Shown here in pieces: positions 1 through 14,997 of a stretch of DNA of 64,000 nucleotides (positions within the stretch are counted from its first letter, which is position 1; the number at the start of each line of letters is the position of its first letter). Source of the DNA: the human T2T-CHM13v2.0 reference genome, Homo sapiens; assembly GCF_009914755.1 (NCBI RefSeq), contig NC_060929.1. One strand, written 5' to 3'. Below the pieces are notes generated by a model. It was not told the origin of the DNA. It did no database searches and saw only the letters and a list, made by a program, of their open reading frames with translations. The position numbers were made by a program, and so were the translations under genes.

Positions 1-213
1 CCTGAGCCCTTGTGCTTCCTGAGTGAGGCAATGCCTCACCCTGCTTCGGCTCGCGCATGGTGCGCTGCACCCACTGTCCTGCTCCCACTGTCTGGCACTC
101 CCTAGTGAGATGCACCCGGTACCTCAGATGGAAATTCAGAAGTCACCCATCTTCTGCGGCGCTCACGCTGGGAGCTGTAGACCGGAGCTGTTCCTGTTCG
201 GCCATCTTGGCTC
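1..213 (-). mobile_element. 5' end (5'UTR) of a primate L1PA LINE-1; the body continues left, outside the window
   Basis: The reverse complement reads GAGCCAAGATGGCCGAACAGGAACAGCTCCGGTCTACAGCTCCCAGCGTGAGCG..., the canonical L1PA 5' terminus. The YY1 site (CAAGATGGCC) is at 200-209. Confidence 0.95.
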
Positions 214-240
214 AACCAGATAAAATGTATTATTAGTTCT

Positions 241-540
<300 letters not shown>

Positions 541-611
<71 letters not shown>

Positions 612-612
612 G
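541..612. repeat. (TA)n(CA)n(TA)n compound microsatellite
   Basis: Directly visible after the Alu tail. Confidence 0.95.
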
Positions 613-1759
613 TTTATAGTAATAGTTAAAATTTAAAAATTTAGAATAAGGGGCTTTTTAAAACCACACCAATTGTACATCAATATCTCCTTCCTTTCAA
701 GCTAAAAATCTTGCTTCTCAATGACAACAAAATACTCATCTGTTTTTCCCCACAATATGTACATAATAGTCTTAGAAAAACTATACCAACACTACAACAA
801 TCAATAATTTGATTATAGAAAAAAAGTATAAGATTATTTTTCAGTTCTTTTGTCATTAGGATATGTTCCACTAGAGATGTACCGTCAAATAACTGGGTTT
901 TAAAGTCAGTTGTGAATCCTCACCTACCATTTCACTCACTTTCTTTGTCTTTTACTGATCATAGATATCATTTTTCTGTAAAGTGGCATTGCCCAGTGAG
1001 TGTTTTCTACCACCAGGGCAGGATACCTGACCTACAGACCCAATTCTTCAGCCACCATCAGTATTACTTAAAAAAAAAGAAGATATTATAATCAAAGAAA
1101 GTTGGCAAAGTCTTATGATGGGCTATTATGTAGCCATTCAATGTCATATTTGTGAAGAGACTGTGTTGATGTTTGAAAAAGTGTGTATGATAAAAATGGG
1201 GAAAGCAGGTTGTAAAGGTATATACCCAGGAAATGAACTCTGAAATCTGCTATCCATACAATGAAACAAAGATTAGGCATACCTTCATAAAATATAATAT
1301 TTTAACATTGAATCTACCTGTTTTGCTACTGAAAAATAAAAGTCAATTGTAAAGGTACTTTCATTGCTATTATGCCACCAACTGGATACACATTTAGGCT
1401 CATTCATTTCACTTTACATTTGATTTTATGTTTTGTAAATTTTCATTTTGTTGTATGATTATATGAAATATATATTTGGTCTGAAAGTGACATCCACAAA
1501 ATAAGGCCCATTCAATGAAGTCCAAATTCTGTCTCTTCCCTCTCTCTTGTATCCCTTTCTCCTCTTTCCCGTAAGTAACATTTTATTCTTTTTATTTATG
1601 GCTGCTGCACAATTTAGACAATATAAACAAATACTTATAAGCTATCATTCTCTTTTCTTTATAAAAATATAAATCTTTTAATATTCATCTAGTTTTTTTT
1701 ACTACATTGTTTTTAGTTTGGTCTCTCTCTCTCACTGCTCTGCTCCCCTGACTGGTACA

Positions 1760-3420
1760 TATTTGGTATTTAGGAAAGCTTGAAATTGTGTGTTAATGGT
1801 TACCTTTATATTAGTATCTTTACATAAAACCCTTAGTTACACCTTTTTGTGGCTATTGTCTGTTGGTTGTCTAGTAAGAGTGATGTTGAAATTAGATAGT
1901 GACAACTTCATCCCATACACTTCCAGCTTCTGATCTGAAGTCATATCTTTTTACTCCTAGTTAATACCTAAATGTAATTAGTGAGTTTATCCTCCTTTTC
2001 ATACATGATCCTCATTCTCCCTCCATAGTTGAGAGATGTACATTACTTACGTTGTCAGAGTGTATAGCCATTATGTACTACACTGTCTCCTTTACAGCCA
2101 CCAATCCTTATGTTGATGTCTCTCCATATATTTAGTAGATGCCTTAGGAATGTTTTAATGGAAACACATTCCTTGAGTTCTTGAATGTAGTTTTTTTAAT
2201 GGCCTTTGTATTTGTGCATCAGTTTGTTTGGATATCAAATCCATGACAAGATATGAAATCATTACATTTTCTTTCCTTGTGTTGCTTAAATATGTTATGT
2301 AATTACTTTTTTGCATAAAGCATTATTGTCAAAAAGTCTGATGGTATTTTGATTTTTCTTTCCCTCAGAAGTTACTTGGTTCTTTGGCCTGGATGCCCAA
2401 AGATACTTGTCTTTTCTTTTTTAAAGACTAATTTTACTAGAATACATCACTCTAGGCCAGTATTCCTAGGTATATAGTGACATCTCATTATGTACTTTTG
2501 TAGTTTCAGGAAAGTTTTAATTTTTTTTATTTTTGCAAAGCTTTACTGAATTATAGTTTTTAGTATTTGATCTGTTTCATTTCTTTGATTTTGTTTTTCA
2601 AGGACTTATACAGTCTTGGATCTTGTCTGTCTTCTCTAATTGTCAATTTTCTCAAATTTCTTTTACCTCTTCATTTCTTTTTTATTTAAAAAATGTCCTG
2701 CCTTCCTTCTTATATTTCTCTTAAGGCATGCTTTTGTGTTACTTATAGCTTGGTCTTTATTTCTGAAATAAAATTTTCTTTCGTTTCTAAGTACTAATCA
2801 CCTCCTTTTTATATCTTTTTTTTCATCACCTAATTTATGAGTTTTTCTAATTCTTACTTGTTTCATAGATTCTATTATTTTCCTCCTTTTCGTTTTTAAA
2901 ATAGTAGGTTACAGTTCACTCTAATTGCCCAAAGGGATGTTGTTCTGATCCTTATTCATATTTTCCTTAGAATAACTTTGAATGAAATCAACTATAATCC
3001 CCCCTCCCCAGCTTTTGTTGGTCATTTCTTTAAGTAAAATGAGTTTCCTTGTACTTTTGCACAAGAATTGAGGGAAGACTGGGCCAGAATAGTATTTTTA
3101 GAATCATGGCTTTGGAGCTTTCTCTTGTGTTGTTATTTGTGAAGTGATCAAAACTTTCTGAGATCTGAGACCCCCCATCACCTGCTTTTAACTGGGCTTT
3201 GTCTTTGCATTTCCCAATTGTTGTTATTCTGTTTGATTTGGACTCTGCTCTTAGCAGTTTCTCTTCAGAGTGGGGCTTTCTCTTGGAAGAGAATTTTAGT
3301 TTATTATTTTTGAGAGTTTACAGAACCCAAACTGTTTAAGCACATCCAAATTTTAAATCTCACTGTGGTCTCCTTGGACATACTTGCAAATTGTAGCTTT
3401 GCAGAACCCCTTTCCAGTTT
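1760..3420 (-). mobile_element. Ancient L1M/HAL1-type LINE remnant
   Basis: T-rich plus strand with motifs resembling antisense old L1 ORF1 (e.g. aaaaagtctgatggtattttgattttt). Boundaries are approximate. Confidence 0.5.
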
Positions 3421-3669
3421 TGGTTACCAATCTCAGGATTTTGGTATTGCTATTCTTGTTGCTTTGCATGTTCTTATGAAAGCATACTGTTATGACTGCC
3501 ATCTCTCTATAATCCCCTCACTGTAGTTTAGCATTCCTCTTATTATAAACTGAGTGTGTTTTCTATATATTTAAGAGGCATTTTGCATTCCTTTCACTGT
3601 GAACTGTGTGTTTATATAGCTCTCTAGCCTATTTTTCTTTCTTAAAAATTCAGATAAAATTCACATAAA

Positions 3670-6600
3670 AAGTAATTGTTTTCTTAATCTTATTGTAAGT
3701 TTGTTCCTTGCTAGTATATAGAAACACAGTTGCTTTTTATATATTCATCGTATATCAAGGATTTTTAATATGAGATCACTTCATCGCTGAACAGAGATAG
3801 CTTTACTTCTTTTCTAAAGTGAATGCCTTTTATTCACTTTTCTTGCCCAATTGCCCTGGCTAGGACTTCCATTACAGTACTGTATTAAATATAATTATGG
3901 CTATCCCTATCTTCTTCCTGATTATAGGGGGATGTTTTCAGTCTTTTACCATTAAGTATGATGATGGTGTAGGTTTTTATAGATGTCCTTTATTAGGTTG
4001 AGGAAGTTCTTGTCTATTTTTAGTTTATTTTTTATTTTTATTTTTTAGATCGTGAAAGGGTGCTGAATTTGGTCAAATGCTTTTTCTGAATTCATTGATA
4101 TGGTTATGTTATTTTTGTTTTTTATTCAATTGATATAATGTATTACAATTATATAATGTATTACAAATTATCAATTTTATTCAATTGATATTAACGTATT
4201 GATTTTTTTTTTTGTCTGTTGAACCAACCTTTATTTCTGGGATACATCCCACTTGACCATGGTATATAATCCTTTCCATATGCTGTTGGATTCAGCTTTC
4301 CAGTATTTCACTGAGGATTTTTGCATGTGTATTCATAAGAGACATTGGTTGGTAGTTATCTTTTTTTGTAGTGTCTTTGTCTTTGTTACTTTGGCCTTAT
4401 AGAATGAGTTGGAAAGTGTTCCATCCTCTTCTATTTTTTGGAAGAGTTTGAGAAAGATTGGTGTTAATTCTTCTTAAACATTTTGTAGAATTAATCAGTG
4501 AAGACATTTAGTCCTGTCCTTGTTGGAAATACTTTGATCACTGATTAAATCTCTTTACTTGTTATAGGTCTATTCAGATTTTCTATTTCTTCTTGAGTTA
4601 GTTATGGTAGTTTGTGTGTTTCTAGAAATTTTTTCATTTATCTAATTTGCCAACATATAATTATTCATAATATCATTTTATAGTCCTTTTTATTTCTGTA
4701 AGGTTGATAGCAATGTGTCCTCTTTCATTCGTGATTTTAGTTTTCTCTTTTTCTTCATCAGTCTAGCTAAAAGTTTTTCAATTTCTTTGTATTTTTAAAG
4801 AACTAACTTTTGGTCTTTTGATTGTCTCTGTTGTTTTTCTATGTTCTACTTTGTTTATGCCTGATTTAATCTTTATTACTGGCTTCCTTCTTGCTTTGGG
4901 CTTATTTTGCTTTTCTTTTTCTAGTTCCTTAAAGTAGAAAATTAAGCTATTCATCTGAGATCTTACCCTTTTGAAAAGCAGGCCTTTAAAGCCATGAATT
5001 ACCATGTGAGCACTGCTTCTGCTGCATCTCATAGGTTTTGCTATTGTATTTTTGTTTTCATTCATCTCAATGTATTTTCTAATTTTTCTTGAGATTTCTT
5101 CCTTGACTCATTGGTTCTTTAGAAGTGTGGTATTTAATTTCCACATATTTGTGAATTCTTCAAATTTCCTTCTATTGTTGATTTTCAATTTTATTCCATT
5201 GTGGTTGGGGAGCATATTTTGTATAATTTCAATATTTTAAAATTTACTGAATCTGTTTTGTGGCCTAAAATATGGTCTATCCTTGAGAATAATCCATGTA
5301 CTCTTGAGAAAAATGTGTATTTTGCTGTTTCTGAGTGAAATGTTTCATAGATATCAGTTTAAATCTAGTTGATTTATACTGCTGTTTTGGTCATTTTTTT
5401 CCCTGTTGGTCTTCTGTCAAGTCATTCTATTATTAAAAGTGAGGTAGGAAAGTTTCCAACTATTGTTGTTGAACCATTGATTTTTCCTTTTAATTCTGTC
5501 AATTTTTGTTTTTTTGTGTTTTAGGGCACCATTGTTATACACATATATGCTTGTAATTGTTACATTGTATTGATGTATTGATCATATTCCCATTATATAA
5601 AGTCCTTTGTCACTGTGACACTTTTGATCTTGAAGTCTATTCTGTCTGATACTAGTATACTCATTTTAACTCTGTTTGCAAATAATATGTTTTTCTGTCT
5701 TTTGACTTTCAACCTGTGTTTGCCTTTCAAACTAAGTGAATCTGTTGTATATAGCAAATAGGTGTATCATGCTTTTTAGTATCCATTCTGCCAACCTCTG
5801 CCTTTCCATTCAATAGTTTAATCTTTACATTTAATGTAATTATTAATAAGGAAACATACCTTTCTGCCATTTTTCTATTGGCTTTCTAGTTGGATTATCT
5901 ATTTTTATTCCTTAATTCCTCAATTACTGCTGTTTTGTGTGTTAAATATATATTTTCTAGGGCACCATTTAAAAATATCCTAATTTTTCTTTTCTTTTTG
6001 AAAGATAATTTGGCTAGAATTCTTGGTTGACATCTTTTTCTTTTAGTACTTTGAATACATCATCCCACTGCCTTCTGGCCTCCATGGTCTAATGAGAAAT
6101 TGTTTTATTTAGAACACCTTGTATGTGGTGAGTTGCTTCTTTCTTGTTTTCAAGATTTACTCTTCAACTTTCAATAATGATGTGTTTGATTTGTGTCTTG
6201 GTATATATCTCTTTGAGTTTATCGTAATTGGACTTTGTTGGCTTCTTAGATGTGGAGATTAATGTTTTTCATCAAATTTAGGAAGATTTGGCCAATATTT
6301 TTTCAATTATTCTGTCTTTCCTTTCATCTCTCTCCTGATACTCCTTTTATGCATTTATTGGTATGCTTGATGGTGTCCAAAATGTTTCTCAGACTCTTTC
6401 CTTTTTCTTTCTGTTCTTCAGATTGGGTAATCTCAATTGACCTATCTTCCAGTTTACTGATTTTTTGTTTTGTTTGAAATAATTTGCTGTTGAACCTCCA
6501 TTGTAAAACTTTAAGTTTCATTATTGTACTTTTTAACTCCAGAATTTCGATTTGGTTCCTTTTAATAATTTCTATCTCTTTATTGATATTCTTTAATTGG

Positions 6601-7420
6601 AAAGACGTTGTTTTCATGCTTTCATTTAGTTCTTTATGCATGGTTTTCCTTAGCTCCTTAAAGATATTTAAACAGCTGATTTAAAATCTTCTTCTAGGTA
6701 CTGAGCTACCTCAGGGACAATTTCTACTGATATATTCCCAACTGTGTATGGACCATACTTTCTTGTTTCTTTGCATACTTTATATTTTTTTTGTTGGACA
6801 CTGGAAATTTTTCATATTATAATGTGAGGATTCTGGAAATCAGACTCTTCATCTTTCCCACAGTTTCTTGTTTCTACATGTTGCAGTTATTGTTTTTAGT
6901 GGTTTTCCTGAACTAATTTTTTAGAAGTCTGTGTTTGTATCACTTGTGACCACAAAAGTGTATGTTCTGTTACCTTAGTGTTCAGCTAATGGTTGGATAC
7001 AGAGTTCCTTACATGTTTTGAAATAAAAAAACTCCCAGTCTTTGTAGAGGGGCACTATGTGTGTGTTGGGGTACAACTTCAATAAACAGCTTTGTTTTAG
7101 TCCTCACTTTCTGCTTGTGCGGAGAGGAAAGTCAGTCAGAGGCAAGAGCTTAAGGTGTGTTTAGGTCTTTTCGGAACACGTGCCCCGTCCTGTTTGGGTG
7201 TGGTCTTCTAGATTACTAGAAATATGTTGGAGCTTTTTGAAGACCTTATTCCCCAATACATATAATTCCTCAGCCTTTTCTTCTAAGCTTTTTTGTTAGT
7301 CTATTGTTTGCCCCAACTGTTATCCATTGCTTCGCGTAGCAGCAACTAAAACATTTTTGCCTGTAAATGTTTTTGATAAATGTCCCTTGGGTAGCAGTTA
7401 TAGTGCTCAGTGAGTACCAG
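3670..7420 (-). mobile_element. Old L1M LINE-1 fragment spanning degenerate ORF1 and ORF2
   Basis: Minus ORF 6324-6641 (KEIEIIKRNQIEILELKSTI...ISKLEDRSIEITQSEEQKEK) is the ORF1 coiled coil. Minus ORF 4778-5065 (KELEKEKQNKPKARRK...) is the ORF2 region after the endonuclease. Confidence 0.9.
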
Positions 7421-7429
7421 TTGGGTGAT

Positions 7430-8660
7430 CAATCTGTTCTCTCACTTGTTTCTGGATTTTGAGTCACAGTGAGAAAAATTTTCCCTCTCTATAATTCTAG
7501 AGCAATTTACCAATGTTTTCTTATGGTATTTGTATAGATTTGTTTTACATTTAAGCCTCTGATCCATTTAGGTTTTAGCATAGTGTGTGGTGGGAGAAAT
7601 GTATCCAATTTTATATCTTTCATACGGCTATCTAGTTATCCTCTCTGCACTTACTATCTTTTCCTACTGATTTGAGATGCCTGCTTTATAATGTACCAAA
7701 TTCCTATGTGCAGTTAGTTCTAAGTTGATTTTCTATTCTGTTCCATTTGTTTCTCTAGTTGTGTGCTGATACGACACCGTTTTTCATTATAGAGGCTTTA
7801 TCATGAAAAAAGTATTGTACTCCCCAAATTATTTTACTTTTTTAGTTTTTTTTCTTCTTCTGGTTATTCTTGCTTGTTTGCTTTCCAAATGAACCTTGTA
7901 ATAAACTTGCTTTGTGCCAGAAAAAAAATATGATGATACAGATGGTCCCTGGCTTACAGTGGTTCAACTTACATTTTTTGACTTTACAATGGTGTGAAAG
8001 CAATACACATTCAGTAGAAACCGTACTTCTAACTTTGAATTTTGAACTCCTAGACTAGCAATATGCAATGAGCTGAAGCTCCCAGTCAGCCATGTGATCA
8101 TGAGGGTAAACACTGCATACTCTACACTGTACTACTGTGTTGCCAGTGTTTTTTGGATATTGTGGTTTGTGTTTTTGCATCCCATCATGTCTACAAAACA
8201 TTCATTTTTATTTTTGTTTTATTTTCCCTCCATTTCCTGGTGATGAGACAAAATATCCATTTTTGACTTACAATATTTTCAAATTACAATAGGTTTATCT
8301 GGATGAAACCCCATCATAAGTCAAATCTGTATTTTATACTGGGAGTGTGTTTTGTGTATGTATTATCTTCATAAGATCTGATATGCCAAAACATATGTCT
8401 CTGAATTTCTTCAAGTATGCTTTTGGAACTTTAAGGGGTATTTTGTAGTTTTCCTCATAGAGGTTTTGGGCATTTCTTATTACATTTGCACATAGGTATT
8501 TTATTTCATATTTTGATGTCATAGATAGGGGCATTTTCTTCTACTTAACTGATTTTTGTTTCTATATATGAAACCTCTTAATTTTATAATCTGCTATTTT
8601 ACTGTGATTTCTAGTAGTTTTCCCATTGATTCTTAGGGTTTTCCAGATATAAAAAGTATC
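7430..8660 (-). mobile_element. Old L1M ORF2 fragment, interrupted by a Tigger MITE
   Basis: Minus ORF 8334-8534 (IKYLCANVIRNAQNLYEENYKIPLK) matches the L1 ORF2 motif IKYLGINLTKEVKDLYEENYKTLLK. Confidence 0.75.
7939..8329 (-). mobile_element. MER47/Tigger5-type TcMar DNA transposon
   Basis: Termini CAGATGGTCCCTGGCTTAC... and ...CATAAGTCAAATCTG are flanked by TA on both sides (7937-38, 8330-31). The ends match the recalled MER47 consensus. Confidence 0.85.
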
Positions 8661-8844
8661 AGCTGCTGGGAAATATATTTGATGGCTTTGCAAGAATTGT
8701 GAAAACCCCATGTTAACAAAGTTCTGGGAGTTGGTATTCAGTAATAAGACCCATTAATCAAGTTATTCTCTCACATGCTTCAGCATTTTCTAAGATGTTA
8801 CTTTGATTTTAGGCCTAGATCAGCCTCTTGCAAATATAATTTGT

Positions 8845-9135
<291 letters not shown>

Positions 9136-9167
9136 GCAAACAGAATTTTTAAAGTAGCATTATCACA

Positions 9168-9828
<661 letters not shown>

Positions 9829-10069
9829 ATGACTCCTTATATCCTCAAAGACACATATGTACACAGTCATACATGATCATCTATTTTGCTTTTGAGAAAT
9901 AAATGTATGTATGGGGCTGAATATATTCTACCTCATGAGGTCAAGTTAGTGCAGTATTTTTGAAAATGCTACGAAACCCTTCACCTATAATTTGTCAAAG
10001 CTGAGGTAATAGTTCCTTAAATTTTGCTAACATTCTTTTAAATGCAATTTTGTGCCTATCTTTGCTTTT

Positions 10070-10220
10070 TAATCATAGTAATCCTATGTCACTACATGAG
10101 AGTTTGCTATCCCATTCTAATTCTGAGAAAACAGAGGCTCAGAGGCTAGTCACCTAGCTAGGAGTGGAGCAGAAATCAGAACTCAAATTTCCGAAGTCTT
10201 AATGTTCATTCTTTCCAACA
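10070..10220 (-). mobile_element. MIR SINE fragment
   Basis: MIR core cccattctaattctgagaaaacagaggctcagagg. Confidence 0.6.
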
Positions 10221-11038
10221 TCTTAAATACCTGCAAATCCTGCTGCTGCTCTTACAGCCCATTTCTTACCTGTCCTCAGAGGAATCAGAAAACAGCTGCT
10301 CAGCATCCTCTATTATAATATTCCTTCGTTTGCATGAATTCTGCGATTTTGTTCCCTTCCAGCTTCCCCTTCAGCAGATTAAATAGCCCTGATTCTGTTC
10401 CTTGTAGAGTTTATCTTCCAACTCTTTTGTCAGTTTTAACAAAGAGGTTGTGACCCTTGGGTTCCTGCTCAACAGAGATCTTCCTCATTATTTTGTAACC
10501 TTTATACCTCCTTCCAGGGAGAGTTAAATAAAGCCTGTGGATTTTTGATCTGAATGTCTGGCAGGCGCACGCTCACACAGAAAGGTTTCCAGCAGGGCTT
10601 GCTGATGAAAACCTCACTCCAACTACGGAGTCTCATTCATGGCAAATGAAAGGTGGTGGCACCTCTCCTTATCCCCAAACCCACAAATGGGAACGGTGAA
10701 GGTCCAAATTCCAGAGCAAGTCCCATTTTGGCAGGAAGAGAGGTTTTAATGAGAATATTTAGAAACTAGGAACTGCTGGCTAATTACTTTGGGTGAACAA
10801 TTCTTCTTTGGAAAGGCACCATCCTTTCAGCTTGCTAATCATGTGTAAAAATTACTCCTGACCCACAATTTCATTATAGCACCTGAACCAGCCTGAAAAT
10901 TGGAGAAATTAAATGGCATAAAATAGAAGCAATAAAAAGAAGAATAAACCTTGAACATTAACAGCTACACAGTGTTCTGGATGCTAAAGCACAAAGCATG
11001 TCAAACACACTTCAGTGGATTTTAAGAAATCCACCAGA

Positions 11039-11405
<367 letters not shown>

Positions 11406-11759
11406 CTAGCCTCTTCTCTCTGTACCCACAAAAAAGGTGCCCGATTTGGATAATGACAGGGTGCTTTTTATCTTCCATAAACTACTACTTGCTTTTTCGC
11501 CTTCGGGGAGTGACACGTGGCTGATATCACTGTCTTTCAGAGGAAATTGATTCATGAGTCAGAGAAATGGGTTCAAGTCAGCCTTTCATGGATGACACCA
11601 ACATCTGTTATGAAGGGAACCTTCACAGACCTTTGATAAAAGGAAGCTGTGGTACAGTGGAGAAGGCACTGCTTGGGAATAAAATGGCCTCAGTTGGAAT
11701 TTTTGCTCTGCCATTAAATAGCTGGATACCTCAAGAAGAACTTCTCTGAGCCTCTAAAT

Positions 11760-11935
11760 CAGAGTTGCAAACTGGATCTGGCCTGTGCATCGGTTTTCAC
11801 CTGCAGACATCTTTATTTTGGCTAACAAAATGTTTTCTTTTTTTTCCATAGTCCCCACCACTCCCTGGAGGTCAGACTTAGCTGGCTTCACACTTTGACA
11901 TCACCCACCTGGCCCCCTAGTTTGCCATCGCTCAT
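11760..11935. mobile_element. hAT-Charlie MITE remnant (MER58/MER102-like)
   Basis: Terminal motifs cagagttgcaaactgg ... agtttgccatcgct. Confidence 0.45.
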
Positions 11936-12187
11936 CTCTGCGATAAGTCTTCTTAGAATAAATGTATCTATGTTTCCCTAGTTTGCTGTTTCTCACTTGA
12001 GGTTATAGTTTCCTGAAGTCAGGAAACTATTTAACTTATTTTCTTCTAGCACAATATTAAGGGCAAATTAGCACTTAATAATTACTCATTGATAACGTTT
12101 GTGTGTGTTAACATATACCCTCTTTTTCCCCTTGTTCTTTCTCGCCTTTCTGGGAAAACCTAACAGTGGTTAGAAAGCATGTTTGGG

Positions 12188-12665
<478 letters not shown>

Positions 12666-12669
12666 CTAG

Positions 12670-12840
12670 ATGTACAAGTAGAGCAGAGATGATCCCAGAG
12701 GTTATCTTGCTCAACACCTTTGTTTTGCAGAGGGAACAACTGAGCCCCAGATAGGGCAAGTGCCTTGCTTTGAACCCCACCCCGAGGGCTAGAGCCCAGT
12801 ACTCCCTCTGTTGAGCTCCAGCTTCTATGTCTCATCCACT
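12670..12840 (-). mobile_element. MIR/MIR3 fragment
   Basis: Core ttttgcagagggaacaactgagccccagataggg. Confidence 0.5.
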
Positions 12841-13490
12841 CGAAAGAGGCTGCATTCTGCTTGGGTCTTGGCTCAAGACATTCATGTAAAGCTAATTAAA
12901 TCTTTTAAATTGAATACCTATACTGAGTTGCTAAATTGCATTTTTAAAAATGGAGGTAGTGATGTGTTCTTGTAGAACTAAAAATCTGTAGGCTAAGTTT
13001 ATTTTCTCAAAAGATTTATGAGTCGAGTCACAGAAACCAGATGATTAAAGAATGTAAAGATTAATTCAATTATCATAAAATTCTGAGTATTTAATCACAT
13101 TTTGAGATAATCATTTATTTATGGTAAATGCTTTTTGCTTCCATTTTCCTTTATTTTATTTAGTATGAATTATTTTATTGTTCCCAAGAGGATATAACTT
13201 TACAATAAGTTAAAATGTTACATTGCGTTTTCTTTTATAGCATGGAATTCAATTATATTGCATCTAATTCACTTGTGTTCACTTAAAGGCTGGATTTTTT
13301 AGGTGTTTTTCAAGTTACTAGAAATATAACTTCTCCTTTTCCTCATTCTCTTTTCCTTTCCTTTCTCTCTTCTTTTTCTTTATTCTTCTTCTTTCTCCTA
13401 AAATAAATCCTTTATCATTCTCTCCTGCTGGCAAAGGTCTACAAAGATGTAGCATATGAGAGCCAGAAGGGGCTGTAGAGATTCTCTTGT

Positions 13491-13678
13491 CAGGGGTTCC
13501 TGACCTGTGGTTCACCCATACATGTGAAGTCCTAGGTGGGCTTTGGTGAGAAGCCCAAGAACTTTGAAATTGTATGCAAAATTTTGTGTTCATATGCACT
13601 TCTCTGGGAAGAGGGTCTGTTGGCTTCATCACATTCTCAGAGGGGTCCTTAACCCTAAAGGTTAAGTAAGAGTCACTG
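13491..13678. mobile_element. hAT-Charlie MITE nested in a MIR-like element
   Basis: Termini caggggttcctgacct ... aggttaagtaagagtcactg. Internal tgaaattgtatgcaaaattttgtg is typical of this MER class. Confidence 0.7.
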
Positions 13679-14911
13679 ATGAGTAGAACAATCCCTCTAG
13701 AAATCCAAATAACTCATTCAGGATCACATGACTATTTGGTGACAGAACCAGGAGTAGAAAGTAAGTCTTTTGGATTCCAACACAAGGTTTATTCTGTTAC
13801 ACCAAGAAAGCAGTTTTAATGAAGTTTTATATATAGTTGTTATGGCTCCTTAACCATATTTCATGGATGGCCTAGGAATTAGAAAAAATTTACTTATAAA
13901 ATCAGATTAATTAAAACATCTTAACCAACACAGAACAAAATGCTTTATAAATTCCAAGGGCTTTAATTCCTTTCATATAAAATTTCACACACTCTGAGTA
14001 TGTCTGATATATAACTGCATACAAATAGAGAGAGAGAGTATGTTGGAGTGGGAAAAGGAGAGAAAACTTCCAAATTAGCAAGTGTTTTCTCCTTCCTAAC
14101 TCATGGGGATACCCTTCCTTGGAAGTACCCAGGATTTCTTGAAATCCCCAGAGTATACATTCTGCTATGTCTTTCTCGTCTATTCAAAAAAAGTGTAACC
14201 GAATGCAAGGGAGAATGAAGCCCTTAACAATTGCGACACCCCGATAACTGACTGTGAAGCCATAAGGACGCTGGGCACCACTGCCAGGAACCACAGTCCC
14301 ACAGAGCACTCTCTTGTAAAGCCTGCAGCCACCCATCCCCTGGTCTAATAAGCCAGAAGAAGACAGTGCTTTCTGCGGTACTTTCTATCAACTCCTCTTC
14401 TACCACTCCTCATGGCCACCTAATCCTGCCTGGGTGCTATGAGCCTTCCCTGTGGGCTGCGTGACCAGGAAGGATCTATGATCCTGGTCTTCACACTCCA
14501 TTTTAGCAGTTTCATCAGGTAGTAGAGATTTCCAGCTTCATTGTCCACATTAACGTAAATTGTCTTCCTTTCAGGCACAAAGATCAACTCCTTCTCAAAT
14601 GCTCTGATCATGGCCAGCTCATTGATTGTTAACGACTATGAATGGATATTAAAATTCGCCTCTGAACCTCTGTTTAGTCGTCAATATGCAGAGAGAGGCT
14701 TTCCCCCCTCCTCCGATGGTAATAAAGATGATGATTTAATCTTTCTTTCTCATGCTCTAATAGGATGGAGACGAATCATGCCGGGGCAGTTTAATCACAT
14801 TTGTCATAATAGAGACTGTCATTCTTTGGATTCTGTTTTATTAGCAGCATTTAAAGATCTACAGCAACTCAGATTGCTGCTCAGTTGGCCTAACAGTATG
14901 ACATCTATTTC

Positions 14912-14997
14912 CAAAAAAAAGAAAAGAAAAAAAAAGGGATGAAAATAAAGGAAAGAAAGGAAGGAAGGAAACTAGGAAGAAAGGAAGAAAGAAAAAG
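14912..14997. repeat. Purine-rich (GAAA/GGAA) low-complexity tract
   Basis: Directly visible. Confidence 0.85.

Noticed and set aside
23-223. 66-aa plus-strand ORF as a gene or as L1 ORF0
   Set aside because: It is the antisense reading of the first ~200 nt of the L1 5'UTR and starts at GTG. ORF0 lies further inside the 5'UTR, outside the window.
14420-14942. Divergent 63-aa and 110-aa ORFs in unique DNA
   Set aside because: There is no homology I can recognise, the 110-aa ORF runs into a low-complexity A-rich tract, and the lengths are within chance expectation.
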